Shown in pieces: positions 1 through 7,489 of a stretch of DNA of 40,418 bases. Source of the stretch: a virus; the IMG/VR virus record IMGVR_UViG_3300009285_000028, positions 1 to 40,418 of that record, one strand, 5' to 3'. The translations under genes were made by a program, and so were the position numbers. The notes under the pieces were generated by a model. That model was not told the DNA's origin, ran no database searches, and saw only the letters and a program-made list of their open reading frames with translations. The number at the start of each line of letters is the position of its first letter. Position 1 is the stretch's first letter.

Positions 1-77
1 GAGGCCATCATCTTCGGGGCGGTCTCCCACCTCGAGGGGGCGCTCGAGAACCGCAAGCCGCGCAAGCCGCGCCAGGA
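1..77. repeat. Terminal direct repeat: nt 1-77 identical to nt 40342-40418 (contig closes on itself)
   Basis: Read directly: GAGGCCATCATCTTCGGGGCGGTCTCCCACCTCGAGGGGGCGCTCGAGAACCGCAAGCCGCGCAAGCCGCGCCAGGA occurs at both ends. Confidence 0.95.
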
Positions 78-198
78 CCGAGAGACCCTGCGCGGGGCCG
101 CGCTGTTCGACCGCAGGTTCCGAGATGCGCTGGCGCGGGCGAACCAGGAGTGCAAGGACACCATCCCCATCATGCCGCTCTACTCGCGGAGCTTCTGA
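1..198 (+). CDS. C-terminal 65 codons of the wrap-around virion gene that starts at 39673
   Basis: Frame 1 reads EAIIFGAVSHLEGALENRKPRKPRQDRETLRGAALFDRRFRDALARANQECKDTIPIMPLYSRSF, stop TGA 196-198. It is continuous in frame with 39673..40418 through the 77-nt overlap. Confidence 0.7.
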   Translation, partial: EAIIFGAVSHLEGALENRKPRKPRQDRETLRGAALFDRRFRDALARANQECKDTIPIMPLYSRSF

Positions 199-2183
199 TG
201 CTGGCTGACGGTGCGCATGTCTCGGTTGATGGCGTCTCCTACATGCTCGCCGTGGACGAGGACGGACCCCACTACCAGCATCGCTACGAGTCCCTGTTCG
301 CTCCCACCCAGGCCATCGCGGGCGAGATAGCTGCGTCTCAGGTACGCCCGGAGAAGTTGCTGTGGTCCCTCACGGACTGGTCCGGTGGCGAAGGCGCGCT
401 CATCTACTACCCGCAGAACTCGACCCAGTACGACCAGGCACTGTGCATGAACGTGACCGAGCGGGGGCAGCTTACAACACGGACGAAGCGGCGGCGCTCG
501 GCGGTGACGAGAGCGGGCACCGCGACCACCGCGCTTCGGCCAGCGGGGACATCAGCCTACGCCTCCGCAATCATCGGGTGGGGGCCGAGCGACATCATCA
601 GTTCCACGGATGGCATCACCTGGTCTGCCGCGACCGACACCACACCGAGTCCCTCATCCGCCCAGTTCAGCGATGCCGTCTCCGACGGAACGAATGCGGC
701 CTTCCTCTTGGCATCGGGGGGTTTGGCCGATATCGTTGCCGTCGTCGAGGCCGATGCCAGCGTTACCGCCTGGGCGGACATGCATAGCGGCACCATCCCG
801 GATTATCCCCTCGTCGGGTGTGTGCTCGACGGCGTGCCCTACACCTTCGGGTTGGACACGACCCTCAAGGTGTTCAAGAAGGCGGCGGCGATGGACACTG
901 CCGCCGACTGGGGAGCGACCATCATCTATGCCACTGGCATCACCCCGGTCGGGACATGGGGAACGAACTACTGGACCTCTGCCGCAGCGGCCGAGACCGC
1001 GATGTACGTCAGCTACTCGACCAAGACACACGGGTTCATCTGGGAGGTCCGGGCCGACGTAGGGCGGCCTTTCTACACCGGCCCAGCGGGGTTTGCCATC
1101 AAGAAGCTCATCTACCACGAGGGCGTGCTGTTCATCCTCGGGAACCAGGCAGCGGCCGGCAACTCGTTCGCGGTGCTGAAGGCCATCCCGCTCTCACTGC
1201 GCCAACCGCTCACCATCGCCGAGCCCCGGCAGCACAAGAACGTTGCGCTGGATACGTTCTCGGTCGGGTGCCCCGGCCTCGGGGCGACGCTGTTCGTGGG
1301 GGACGAGGACAGCGGCAAGATATTCGTCTACGACATGGAACGCGATGCCCTGTCGCTGTTCGACGACCTTGTGAACGGCGGCACCGGGGATGGCGTTTCG
1401 TTCACCGCCGACACCGACAAGATTGCGTTCCTCGCCATGCACGGCGCACGGTTGTTCTGCGCCACCTGGACCCCCGGCGGGGCGGGGACGGCGCTGCAAG
1501 TCATCTCCTGGGACGACCTACAGGTGGAGAACCGTGACGCATCCCAGGCCATCGCCGGGAACCTCGAGAGCGCCGAGTGGCACTTTGGGCTGCCGATGGA
1601 GACCAAGGGCCTCATCGGCTTCTACGTGACCTTCAAGGTGACAGACTCCGGGACGACCTCCGGCCTCGTGGCGAACTCGCGCATCACGGTCTCCTACTCC
1701 GCCGATGACGCCGCCTACGTCGCTACCACCACCATCACCTCGGCCACCACACCTACCGGGGTCAAGGGAAGGGTGTTCATCGCGGCCCCTACGGGCTCGA
1801 ACACGGTCAAGTTCTCGCGCCTGAAGGTCAAGATAGCCCTGGACAACAACTCGCAGGCCGTCGCTCCGCCCATCGTCTACGCCGTCACTGTCGAGGCCCA
1901 GCCGCTCGCCTACACGGAGACCTGGGACCTCGTGCTCCGGGTCGAGGACGAGACCAGCAACGAGCGTCCGACCACGCGGAACTTCGACGCCAACACGCTC
2001 CGCGACAAGCTGAACACGCTCGTCACGAACAAGCAGATAGTCACGCTGCTCGACGGGTACGGCGACCGCATCCCGAACTCCTACAACACCCACACGGTCG
2101 TCGTCGAGGACCCGCTGCACGACATCCGGGACGCCGATACCGGCAACGGCATCACCCGCATCCGTCTGCGGGCGGTGACGTGA
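198..2183 (+). CDS. Virion structural protein, 661 aa (tail module, function unassigned)
   Basis: Track ORF 150..2183. ATG 198 shares TGATG with the upstream stop. High GC3; Thr/Ser/Ala-rich sequence; sits in the tail block. Confidence 0.7.
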   Translation: MLADGAHVSVDGVSYMLAVDEDGPHYQHRYESLFAPTQAIAGEIAASQVRPEKLLWSLTDWSGGEGALIYYPQNSTQYDQALCMNVTERGQLTTRTKRRRSAVTRAGTATTALRPAGTSAYASAIIGWGPSDIISSTDGITWSAATDTTPSPSSAQFSDAVSDGTNAAFLLASGGLADIVAVVEADASVTAWADMHSGTIPDYPLVGCVLDGVPYTFGLDTTLKVFKKAAAMDTAADWGATIIYATGITPVGTWGTNYWTSAAAAETAMYVSYSTKTHGFIWEVRADVGRPFYTGPAGFAIKKLIYHEGVLFILGNQAAAGNSFAVLKAIPLSLRQPLTIAEPRQHKNVALDTFSVGCPGLGATLFVGDEDSGKIFVYDMERDALSLFDDLVNGGTGDGVSFTADTDKIAFLAMHGARLFCATWTPGGAGTALQVISWDDLQVENRDASQAIAGNLESAEWHFGLPMETKGLIGFYVTFKVTDSGTTSGLVANSRITVSYSADDAAYVATTTITSATTPTGVKGRVFIAAPTGSNTVKFSRLKVKIALDNNSQAVAPPIVYAVTVEAQPLAYTETWDLVLRVEDETSNERPTTRNFDANTLRDKLNTLVTNKQIVTLLDGYGDRIPNSYNTHTVVVEDPLHDIRDADTGNGITRIRLRAVT

Positions 2184-2869
2184 GCCGCCTGCGCCCGCTG
2201 GGGATGTTGGACCTGCGGCCCGACCGCCGCCGCCCCGTTCTGGCCGACGTGGCCGCGCGCCAGCAGTTCTACTCCGGGGCCATCACCACCACGCACACGA
2301 CGCTCGCCGTGAACGAGACCATCACCGCGTTCACCGACGAACTCCAGCGGTTCAGGGGCGTTCAGGTCGGGGCCGTGGCAGGGGGGACCGTCACGGTTCA
2401 GGTCCAAGCCGAGGGGCGGGACCTGTTCGACGACACCACGCGGCCTGTCTCCGGTGGCGAGGTCCAGCGGCCGACAGAGCCATACCTCATCCCTGCGGGC
2501 ACGCCCATCACCACCATCATCGAAGCTACCTCGGGGGTCCCCACGGGGACGGCGGGGGTGGTCATCGAGACCGAGCCCTTCGTGGTCCACCCACGCCCCG
2601 CCTGGGTGGAGTTGCGGGGCAAAGACCGCATGTTCGCTTCCCGCCGTCGTCAAGCCGAGGCGGCCAACCGTGGGGAGAGCCTGCTGCCCAGGAACTGGCT
2701 TGGGCGGATGGGGCGGCTCGACAGGGCGAGTCCCGAACTGGCATCTCCGGTCACGGCGGGCCAGTCAGCCAAGAGGCTACTCCATCGCACACCTGCGGAC
2801 CTCGGAGGTCGCCCGCCCCACCCCTCCGCCGGGGGTGGAAAGTCGGACTGGCCTCCATCTGCGCCCTAG
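2180..2869 (+). CDS. Hypothetical virion-module protein, 229 aa
   Basis: GTG 2180 in a GTGA overlap with the upstream stop. The C-terminal third is Arg/Pro/Gly-rich, so the true extent is uncertain. The TAG stop lies inside the motif copy at 2861-2875. Confidence 0.45.
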   Translation: MSRLRPLGMLDLRPDRRRPVLADVAARQQFYSGAITTTHTTLAVNETITAFTDELQRFRGVQVGAVAGGTVTVQVQAEGRDLFDDTTRPVSGGEVQRPTEPYLIPAGTPITTIIEATSGVPTGTAGVVIETEPFVVHPRPAWVELRGKDRMFASRRRQAEAANRGESLLPRNWLGRMGRLDRASPELASPVTAGQSAKRLLHRTPADLGGRPPHPSAGGGKSDWPPSAP

Positions 2870-2875
2870 ACACGG
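2861..2875 (+). promoter_or_regulatory. Recurrent motif copy A: GCGCCCTAGACACGG
   Basis: Exact 12-mer GCGCCCTAGACA shared with 17891 and 35311. Lies 20 nt upstream of ATG 2895, ahead of the lysis block. Confidence 0.5.
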
Positions 2876-2894
2876 GGGGCATCGTGCAGGTGAG

Positions 2895-3080
2895 ATGTTC
2901 ACCCCCGCGAGCACGCGCCCAGCCGCCGATATCGCTGACCTATTCGCGGAACAGGCGGCCACCCTCGCGAAGGTCGCCGACCTCAATCAGCGACTCACCC
3001 GTCTGGTTGCCGAGGTTACGGAGCTGAACGGGCAGGTCGTGGACATCCAGCGCCGACTCGACGGGACGGACCCCAAGTGA
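2895..3080 (+). CDS. Small coiled-coil protein, 61 aa
   Basis: ATG 2895 in the frame of track ORF 2454..3080 (the upstream part looks like a shadow frame). Heptad-like LAKVADLNQRLTRLVAEVTELNGQVVDIQRRL. Stop overlaps the next GTG (GTGA). Confidence 0.5.
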   Translation: MFTPASTRPAADIADLFAEQAATLAKVADLNQRLTRLVAEVTELNGQVVDIQRRLDGTDPK

Positions 3081-3712
3081 GCGTCCGCTACCTCGTGCGG
3101 GGGACCAAGGAAGGGAACTGGTCCAAGCCGCTCCGGCTCCTCGCGGCGGTCCGCAAACTCCGCGCTTTCCTCAGGGACCGTGGCGAGGAGTTCGTCATCC
3201 ACCGGAAGGGGGGTGAGGCATCCACACCAAGGGACCTATCGGGAACGGTCGAACGCCTCAAGGCATTGCTCGCCAAAGAGCCAGTAGGTGAAACCTACAT
3301 CGTCAGAGGGAGACTCGACCACGACCCGGTGACGGTCCGCGTCATCGAAGATGCCCCCCCGCCCGCCGAGGACATCTGCGGCATCCCCGCCGTCAAGGAG
3401 TTCGCCGGATGGGTGCGGGAGAAGTGGCCCAAGGCCCGGTTCGCGGGCTCGTGCGTCTGCAAGTACTCCTCGGGAACGACGTGGAGCGACCATGCCTACG
3501 GGGCGGCCATCGACTACTTCGACACCTGGGCGGACATGGAGGCGATGAGGGACTTCGCCATCGCTAACGCCCACGCGCTAGGGGTCAAGTACGTCATCCT
3601 CGGCGACCGCATCTGGTCGGCGCTCGGAGGCTGGTCGAACTACGGCGGCAGCTACCACTATCACGTCCACGTCAGCTTCCTGCATGGACCGGAGAGGATT
3701 GCCTGTGCCTGA
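3077..3712 (+). CDS. Endolysin, zinc peptidase of the M15/LAS type
   Basis: SDHAYGAAID matches the SxHxxGxAxD (H-x6-D) signature and HYHVHVS supplies HxH. 211 aa, sits at the head of the lysis cassette. Confidence 0.8.
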   Translation: MSVRYLVRGTKEGNWSKPLRLLAAVRKLRAFLRDRGEEFVIHRKGGEASTPRDLSGTVERLKALLAKEPVGETYIVRGRLDHDPVTVRVIEDAPPPAEDICGIPAVKEFAGWVREKWPKARFAGSCVCKYSSGTTWSDHAYGAAIDYFDTWADMEAMRDFAIANAHALGVKYVILGDRIWSALGGWSNYGGSYHYHVHVSFLHGPERIACA

Positions 3713-3926
3713 GGACACGAACGGCTCGGTGCGGGTGACGCTGAAGGACGTGTACGAGGTGCTCCGGCGCGTCGAGGCGGACGTGGCGGAACTGCACTCC
3801 ATCGCCACGAAGGTCCCCGACCACGAGGCGCGCATCCGCAAGCTCGAGGCGTGGCGCTACGCCATCCCTTCTTCCGTCATCCTCGCCATCGGTGCTCTCG
3901 TCGCCGCGCTCGCGGGGTCCAAGTGA
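3705..3926 (+). CDS. Tail-anchored membrane protein, 73 aa (lysis accessory / holin-like candidate)
   Basis: GTG 3705 preceded by GGAGAGG. Coiled-coil N-terminus, then a C-terminal hydrophobic helix IPSSVILAIGALVAALAG. An alternative ATG at 3684 lacks an SD. Confidence 0.55.
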   Translation: MPEDTNGSVRVTLKDVYEVLRRVEADVAELHSIATKVPDHEARIRKLEAWRYAIPSSVILAIGALVAALAGSK

Positions 3927-4159
3927 GGCGCGTCACGGTCATGTGGCGGGACGCGACACGCACCGAGTCCCTGCCCTCTGACCTTGTGGGGAGCTTCCAT
4001 ACCGCCTGCACCCGCCACGCCTGCGCCTGGCTCGTGCGCGATGACGACAGCGGCATCGTTATCGCCATGGACGAGGCCACGTCCCCCGACGGGGCGACCG
4101 AGTATACCCACGCCTACTACATCCCGCGCGACTACATCATCTCCATCAGCCGATGGTGA
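3923..4159 (+). CDS. Hypothetical protein, 78 aa
   Basis: GTG 3923 in a GTGA overlap with the upstream stop; in frame with track ORF 3851..4159. Confidence 0.45.
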   Translation: MRRVTVMWRDATRTESLPSDLVGSFHTACTRHACAWLVRDDDSGIVIAMDEATSPDGATEYTHAYYIPRDYIISISRW

Positions 4160-4386
4160 ACCTCGACGCCGCCACGCCGGACCCCGGCAACCTGCTCACC
4201 CCCGCCGAGATGGTGGGCAACGTGACCACCATCCTTTCTAACTACGTCGAGCCCGAGCGAGCCGAGGAGATAGCGCGCCGGGCCGTGGGCATCCTCATCT
4301 CCACCGGCTACGTCGAGGAGTGGGGCCTGACCGAGGGGGGCGACCCGCTCTACGAACCGCACGCCCACATCACGTTCGTCCTTTAG
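4153..4386 (+). CDS. Hypothetical protein, 77 aa
   Basis: ATG 4153 overlaps the upstream stop; acidic, non-repetitive sequence. Confidence 0.55.
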   Translation: MVNLDAATPDPGNLLTPAEMVGNVTTILSNYVEPERAEEIARRAVGILISTGYVEEWGLTEGGDPLYEPHAHITFVL

Positions 4387-4416
4387 CGCCCTTGCGCCGC
4401 AGGGGATGCTGGATAG

Positions 4417-4447
4417 CACAAGGCCCGTGTACCACAAGGCCCGTGTA
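4417..4447 (+). repeat. Tandem direct repeat 2 x CACAAGGCCCGTGTA (16-nt period) abutting the holin SD
   Basis: 4417-4431 and 4433-4447 are identical. Followed by GTGAGGAGG and ATG 4461. Confidence 0.9.
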
Positions 4448-4460
4448 GTGAGGAGGCAAC

Positions 4461-4646
4461 ATGGATTGGAAGGACATCGTTAGCCGTGCCGGCAAGACGG
4501 CCGTGGAGGTGTTCCTGGCGGCGTTCCCGGTGAGTGCGGTCTTCGCACTTGACATCCCGGCGCTCAAGGCTGCGGCGCTCGCCGCTGGTGCTGCGGCGCT
4601 CGCCATCATCTGGAACGGAGTCCTGGAGTGGAGCCGTACACGCTGA
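4461..4646 (+). CDS. Holin, 61 aa, two hydrophobic helices (resembles r1t-type small holins of Gram-positive phages)
   Basis: Strong SD GAGGAGG 5 nt upstream. N-terminal WKDIVSRAGKTAVEVF followed by two Ala/Leu-rich TM segments and a charged C-terminus. Adjacent to the endolysin block. Confidence 0.7.
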   Translation: MDWKDIVSRAGKTAVEVFLAAFPVSAVFALDIPALKAAALAAGAAALAIIWNGVLEWSRTR

Positions 4647-4768
4647 ACCGCGCGCTCGTCCCCGACTTCTGGGGCCACTGCGCGCGGTGTGGTCACACCC
4701 TCCTGCTCGAGGACGTGTACTGCCCCTCCTGCGGGCACCAGAGGAGCTACGACGAGTACGTGAAATAG
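4628..4768 (+). CDS. Zinc-ribbon micro-protein, 46 aa
   Basis: GTG 4628. Encodes CARCGH...CPSCGH (two CxxC pairs). High GC3. Below the track length cutoff. Confidence 0.4.
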   Translation: MEPYTLNRALVPDFWGHCARCGHTLLLEDVYCPSCGHQRSYDEYVK

Positions 4769-4790
4769 CCGACGACCGGAAGGAGACCTG

Positions 4791-5045
4791 ATGCCGGGGA
4801 AACGTCAGGGACGCTCGCTCGTCGATTACGAACGCGCGAAGCGCCGTAGTGCATGTGCCGTCTGCTCGCTGCCCGACCCCCTGTCTGCGGAGGTGCGCGC
4901 GGCACGGAGCAAGAAGATACCGCAGACAACGGTGCTGGAGTGGCTCCGCGAGGAGCACGGCGTCACGCTCACCCGCGCGCAGTTCGTAGCCCATAGCGCG
5001 GCGCACCATGACCAATGGGACGAGGAGGCGGCTGCCGGTGTCTAG
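4791..5045 (+). CDS. Small basic protein, 84 aa (possible DNA-binding)
   Basis: SD GGAAGGAG upstream of ATG 4791; CAVC pair and a helical C-terminal half. Confidence 0.6.
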   Translation: MPGKRQGRSLVDYERAKRRSACAVCSLPDPLSAEVRAARSKKIPQTTVLEWLREEHGVTLTRAQFVAHSAAHHDQWDEEAAAGV

Positions 5046-6135
5046 GTCCGTCGAGGAGTTTGCTGAACAGAAAAAGCAAGCCCAGTTCGCCGAGAATCAG
5101 GAGTTCGCCCGGATGCTCCGCGCGGTGCGCGCCGAGCTAGGGGTCGTCACCGCCGAGAAGACACGCCTCGCCTCCGAGCTGGAGGCCATCGAGCGCGTCT
5201 ACGACGAGGCCCTCATCCTCCAGCCGCAGCCCGGTTGGCTCGCCAAGGGGAACGGGAAGGCCGAGAAGCACCGCGCCACCCTGGTCGCGTTCTGCTCCGA
5301 CCTGCACGCCGGTGAGGTCGTTCGCGCCGAGGAGATGGGCGGCTACAACGCCTACAACCTCCGCATCGCGGACCTGCGGCTGCAACGGTTCTTCACCAAG
5401 ACCATCGAGCTTGCCCGCACCTACTTCGCGGGCGTGACGTACGACGGCATCGTGCTCGCCCTCGGGGGAGACATGGTGTCCGGGGACATCCACGACGAGC
5501 TTGAGCAGACCAACGAGCTGTCCGTGCTCGACACGACGCTCTGGGTCGCTCCCCGGCTCGTCGCGGGCATCGAGCGGCTCGCGGAGGAGTTCGGCGCGGT
5601 GCATGTCGTGAGCGCCCCCGGCAACCACGGCCGCGATAGCAAGAAGCCCCGTCACAAGGGCCGCAGCGCCCACAACGCCGACACGCACATCGCCCGGATG
5701 GCCGCCATGTTCTTCTCGTCCTCGAACCCGTCAGCCCCCGTGACGTTCGACATCCCCGAGTCCTTCGACGTGCCGTTCAGCGTCTACGACTGGCGCTTCA
5801 ACATGGAGCACGGGGACAACATGAAGTTCACCGGAACGGCGGAAATCGGAGCCCTCGGTCCGGTCAAGCGAGGCACGCTGCGCAAGGCCAACCAGCATCA
5901 GCAGGAGGGGCATCCGTTCGACGTGAACCTTGTCGGGCACTTCCATCAGTACGTGCCGGCGACCGGCCAGGGGTTCGTGATGAATGGGTCTCTCAAGGGG
6001 TTCGATGAGTACGCGCGCTCCTGGCACCTCAAGCCGGAGCCGCCGCAGCAGGCGCTCATGGTTGTTTCCCCGGAGCATGGTCCGACGACGCAGGCCCCCG
6101 TCCTGGTGGGGGACCGGAAGGCAGAGGGCTGGTAG
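5038..6135 (+). CDS. Calcineurin-like metallophosphoesterase with an N-terminal coiled coil
   Basis: Motifs SDLHAG, GGDMVSGDIH, GNHG and GHFH in canonical order. GTG 5038 has GAGGAGG 9 nt upstream (the track start at ATG 5008 lacks an SD). Confidence 0.8.
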   Translation: MSRSVEEFAEQKKQAQFAENQEFARMLRAVRAELGVVTAEKTRLASELEAIERVYDEALILQPQPGWLAKGNGKAEKHRATLVAFCSDLHAGEVVRAEEMGGYNAYNLRIADLRLQRFFTKTIELARTYFAGVTYDGIVLALGGDMVSGDIHDELEQTNELSVLDTTLWVAPRLVAGIERLAEEFGAVHVVSAPGNHGRDSKKPRHKGRSAHNADTHIARMAAMFFSSSNPSAPVTFDIPESFDVPFSVYDWRFNMEHGDNMKFTGTAEIGALGPVKRGTLRKANQHQQEGHPFDVNLVGHFHQYVPATGQGFVMNGSLKGFDEYARSWHLKPEPPQQALMVVSPEHGPTTQAPVLVGDRKAEGW

Positions 6136-6339
6136 GTGGGCATCCGTAGCGTCGGCTGGCCGATGGACGCCGACGGCCACAACACCGAGCACAACGGCAC
6201 CTGGACGAAGTGCTGGGCGGAGGTCCAGGACGGCGTGGAGTGCTCCGTAGCGACGACGGACCCGCTCGGGTTGTGCGAGCGGCACCGCACCGAACTCGTC
6301 GAGGGGCTGGATTTGACCTCTCCGGGTAGCGGGGCGTAG
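6136..6339 (+). CDS. Hypothetical Cys-containing protein, 67 aa
   Basis: GTG 6136 immediately after the upstream TAG; high GC3. Confidence 0.5.
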   Translation: MGIRSVGWPMDADGHNTEHNGTWTKCWAEVQDGVECSVATTDPLGLCERHRTELVEGLDLTSPGSGA

Positions 6340-6351
6340 CGTCCGCCCAAG

Positions 6352-6720
6352 GTGAAGACCGAGATAGCGGGCTCCTACGGCGGCACCCAGATACACCTGC
6401 TCGACATCCACGGTGTCTCGTTCTGCGGCCTGGTCCCACGGCGCCTGCGGCCCGACTACGACGGGCGCACCGAATGGCACGAGATACTGGACTGGGAGCG
6501 GTGTCAGGTCTGCCGGGTCAATGACCCTCGCCCGTGGCCGGTCCATCGCTTTCACAAGGGGGTTCTGCTGCCAGCGCGGGAGGCAGCTCACCGAAGGCGC
6601 GAACGATGGACACGAGGTGTGGGTAAGAAGGCAGCGACGTTCCAAGCGCCCACTTCTCCACCGTTCGGGGATGCACGTAACTATGAGCAGATAGCCGCCA
6701 GGCCGCCTTCGCCTGGCTGA
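6352..6720 (+). CDS. Hypothetical protein; only the first ~65 codons look coding
   Basis: GTG 6352. High GC3 up to about 6550. The remainder overlaps the convergent HTH gene and looks like a shadow frame. Confidence 0.35.
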   Translation: MKTEIAGSYGGTQIHLLDIHGVSFCGLVPRRLRPDYDGRTEWHEILDWERCQVCRVNDPRPWPVHRFHKGVLLPAREAAHRRRERWTRGVGKKAATFQAPTSPPFGDARNYEQIAARPPSPG

Positions 6721-6787
6721 GTCTCTCCCGGCGCAAGAGGCCCCTCCACCACTCTCGAAACTCCGGGTCCTTCACCGTCGTGGGCAT
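6518..6787 (-). CDS. Helix-turn-helix regulator (Cro/CI-like candidate), 89 aa
   Basis: The only convincing minus-strand protein gene. Segment LSQAKAAWRLSAHSYVHPRTVEKWALG reads as an HTH. High GC3 at the 5' end. Start ATG 6787 (MPTTVKD). Confidence 0.6.
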   Translation of the reverse strand: MPTTVKDPEFREWWRGLLRRERLSQAKAAWRLSAHSYVHPRTVEKWALGTSLPSYPHLVSIVRAFGELPPALAAEPPCESDGPATGEGH

Positions 6788-6795
6788 GTAACCGG

Positions 6796-6824
6796 ATTCT
6801 ATCCACACCTGTTACACGGGTCGA
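6796..6824 (-). promoter_or_regulatory. Putative promoter of the HTH gene (-35 TCGACC, 17 nt, -10 TAGAAT), near-leaderless
   Basis: On the minus strand, TAGAAT (6796-6801) ends 8 nt before ATG 6787, and there is no SD. Confidence 0.4.
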
Positions 6825-7017
6825 TATCGTTCCCGCACAACCCCGCGAATCACACTCCTGTCATTCCCTGCACCTGCGACAGGGATGCAACTGCCTGCTA
6901 TGGCGATTAGGTCGGTGGCTCGCGCACGGGGGATGACTCCCGAAGACAACGCCAACCACAACCGATGGTGCTCCGCGCACCCCGCCGAAGAATGTGGGAC
7001 AAAAACGCCCCGCCTGC

Positions 7018-7047
7018 TTGACTTCCCCCGTTCTCGGGGCATAAGGT
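7018..7047 (+). promoter_or_regulatory. Putative early promoter TTGACT-18 nt-TAAGGT with the palindrome CCCCGTTCTCGGGG in the spacer
   Basis: -35 at 7018-7023, -10 at 7042-7047 (TANNNT), ATG 7055 lies 7 nt downstream, which suggests a leaderless mRNA. Confidence 0.55.
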
Positions 7048-7054
7048 TCGTTCC

Positions 7055-7489
7055 ATGGCCGCCGATAACGTGCGAAGTGGGGCTCCGACGGATGAGATTC
7101 CAGCGGTCGGATTCGTTCCCACCCCGGAGACCAACAAGCGTCCGTTCGCCGCGAGGACTGCGAGGAAATCTCCGGGCATTTCCCGGCTCCCCGCAAAGGA
7201 GGGGCGTACCGGCTCTCCATCCGAGCGAGTTGCGCCGGTCGAGGACTCCGCACCGAGACTCGGAAGTGCGGAGGGTGTAGCGGCGAACGGACCCTCCATG
7301 CCACAGGACCCGGAGACCAGCCTCTCCGAAACCCTTGCGCTGCTGCTGAGCATCGACGTAGCAGTGCATGACGTGTACCGGGGCTACATCGGTCCGATGG
7401 CGGCCGTGGACAGGATGAAAGACAACCTGCCCTCGGTCCTGCGGCTCGTGCGCTCGGCGCTGAGCGAGCTAACGGCGGGCGAGCGATGA
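7055..7489 (+). CDS. First early protein, 144 aa
   Basis: ATG at the predicted transcription start. The C-terminal 60 aa are helical and convincing; the N-terminal half is low-complexity (alternative start ATG about 7298). Confidence 0.5.
   Translation: MAADNVRSGAPTDEIPAVGFVPTPETNKRPFAARTARKSPGISRLPAKEGRTGSPSERVAPVEDSAPRLGSAEGVAANGPSMPQDPETSLSETLALLLSIDVAVHDVYRGYIGPMAAVDRMKDNLPSVLRLVRSALSELTAGER

Noticed and set aside
1-77. The terminal 77-nt repeat as a biological direct terminal repeat or cos-type end
   Set aside because: An exact overlap of this short, odd length, cutting through the middle of a gene, fits a de Bruijn assembler overlap on a circular or permuted molecule better than a real DTR. 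True termini cannot be inferred without reads.
2454-2894. Upstream part of track ORF 2454..3080
   Set aside because: Its Arg/Ser/Pro-rich translation overlaps the better-supported frame of 2180..2869. Only the segment from ATG 2895 looks like a real (coiled-coil) protein.
4417-4447. Short repeat pairs (4417-4447, 32192-32232) as CRISPR mini-arrays
   Set aside because: There are only two units each, the units are 15-17 nt, and the spacers are 1 and 7 nt. There is no leader and there are no cas genes.
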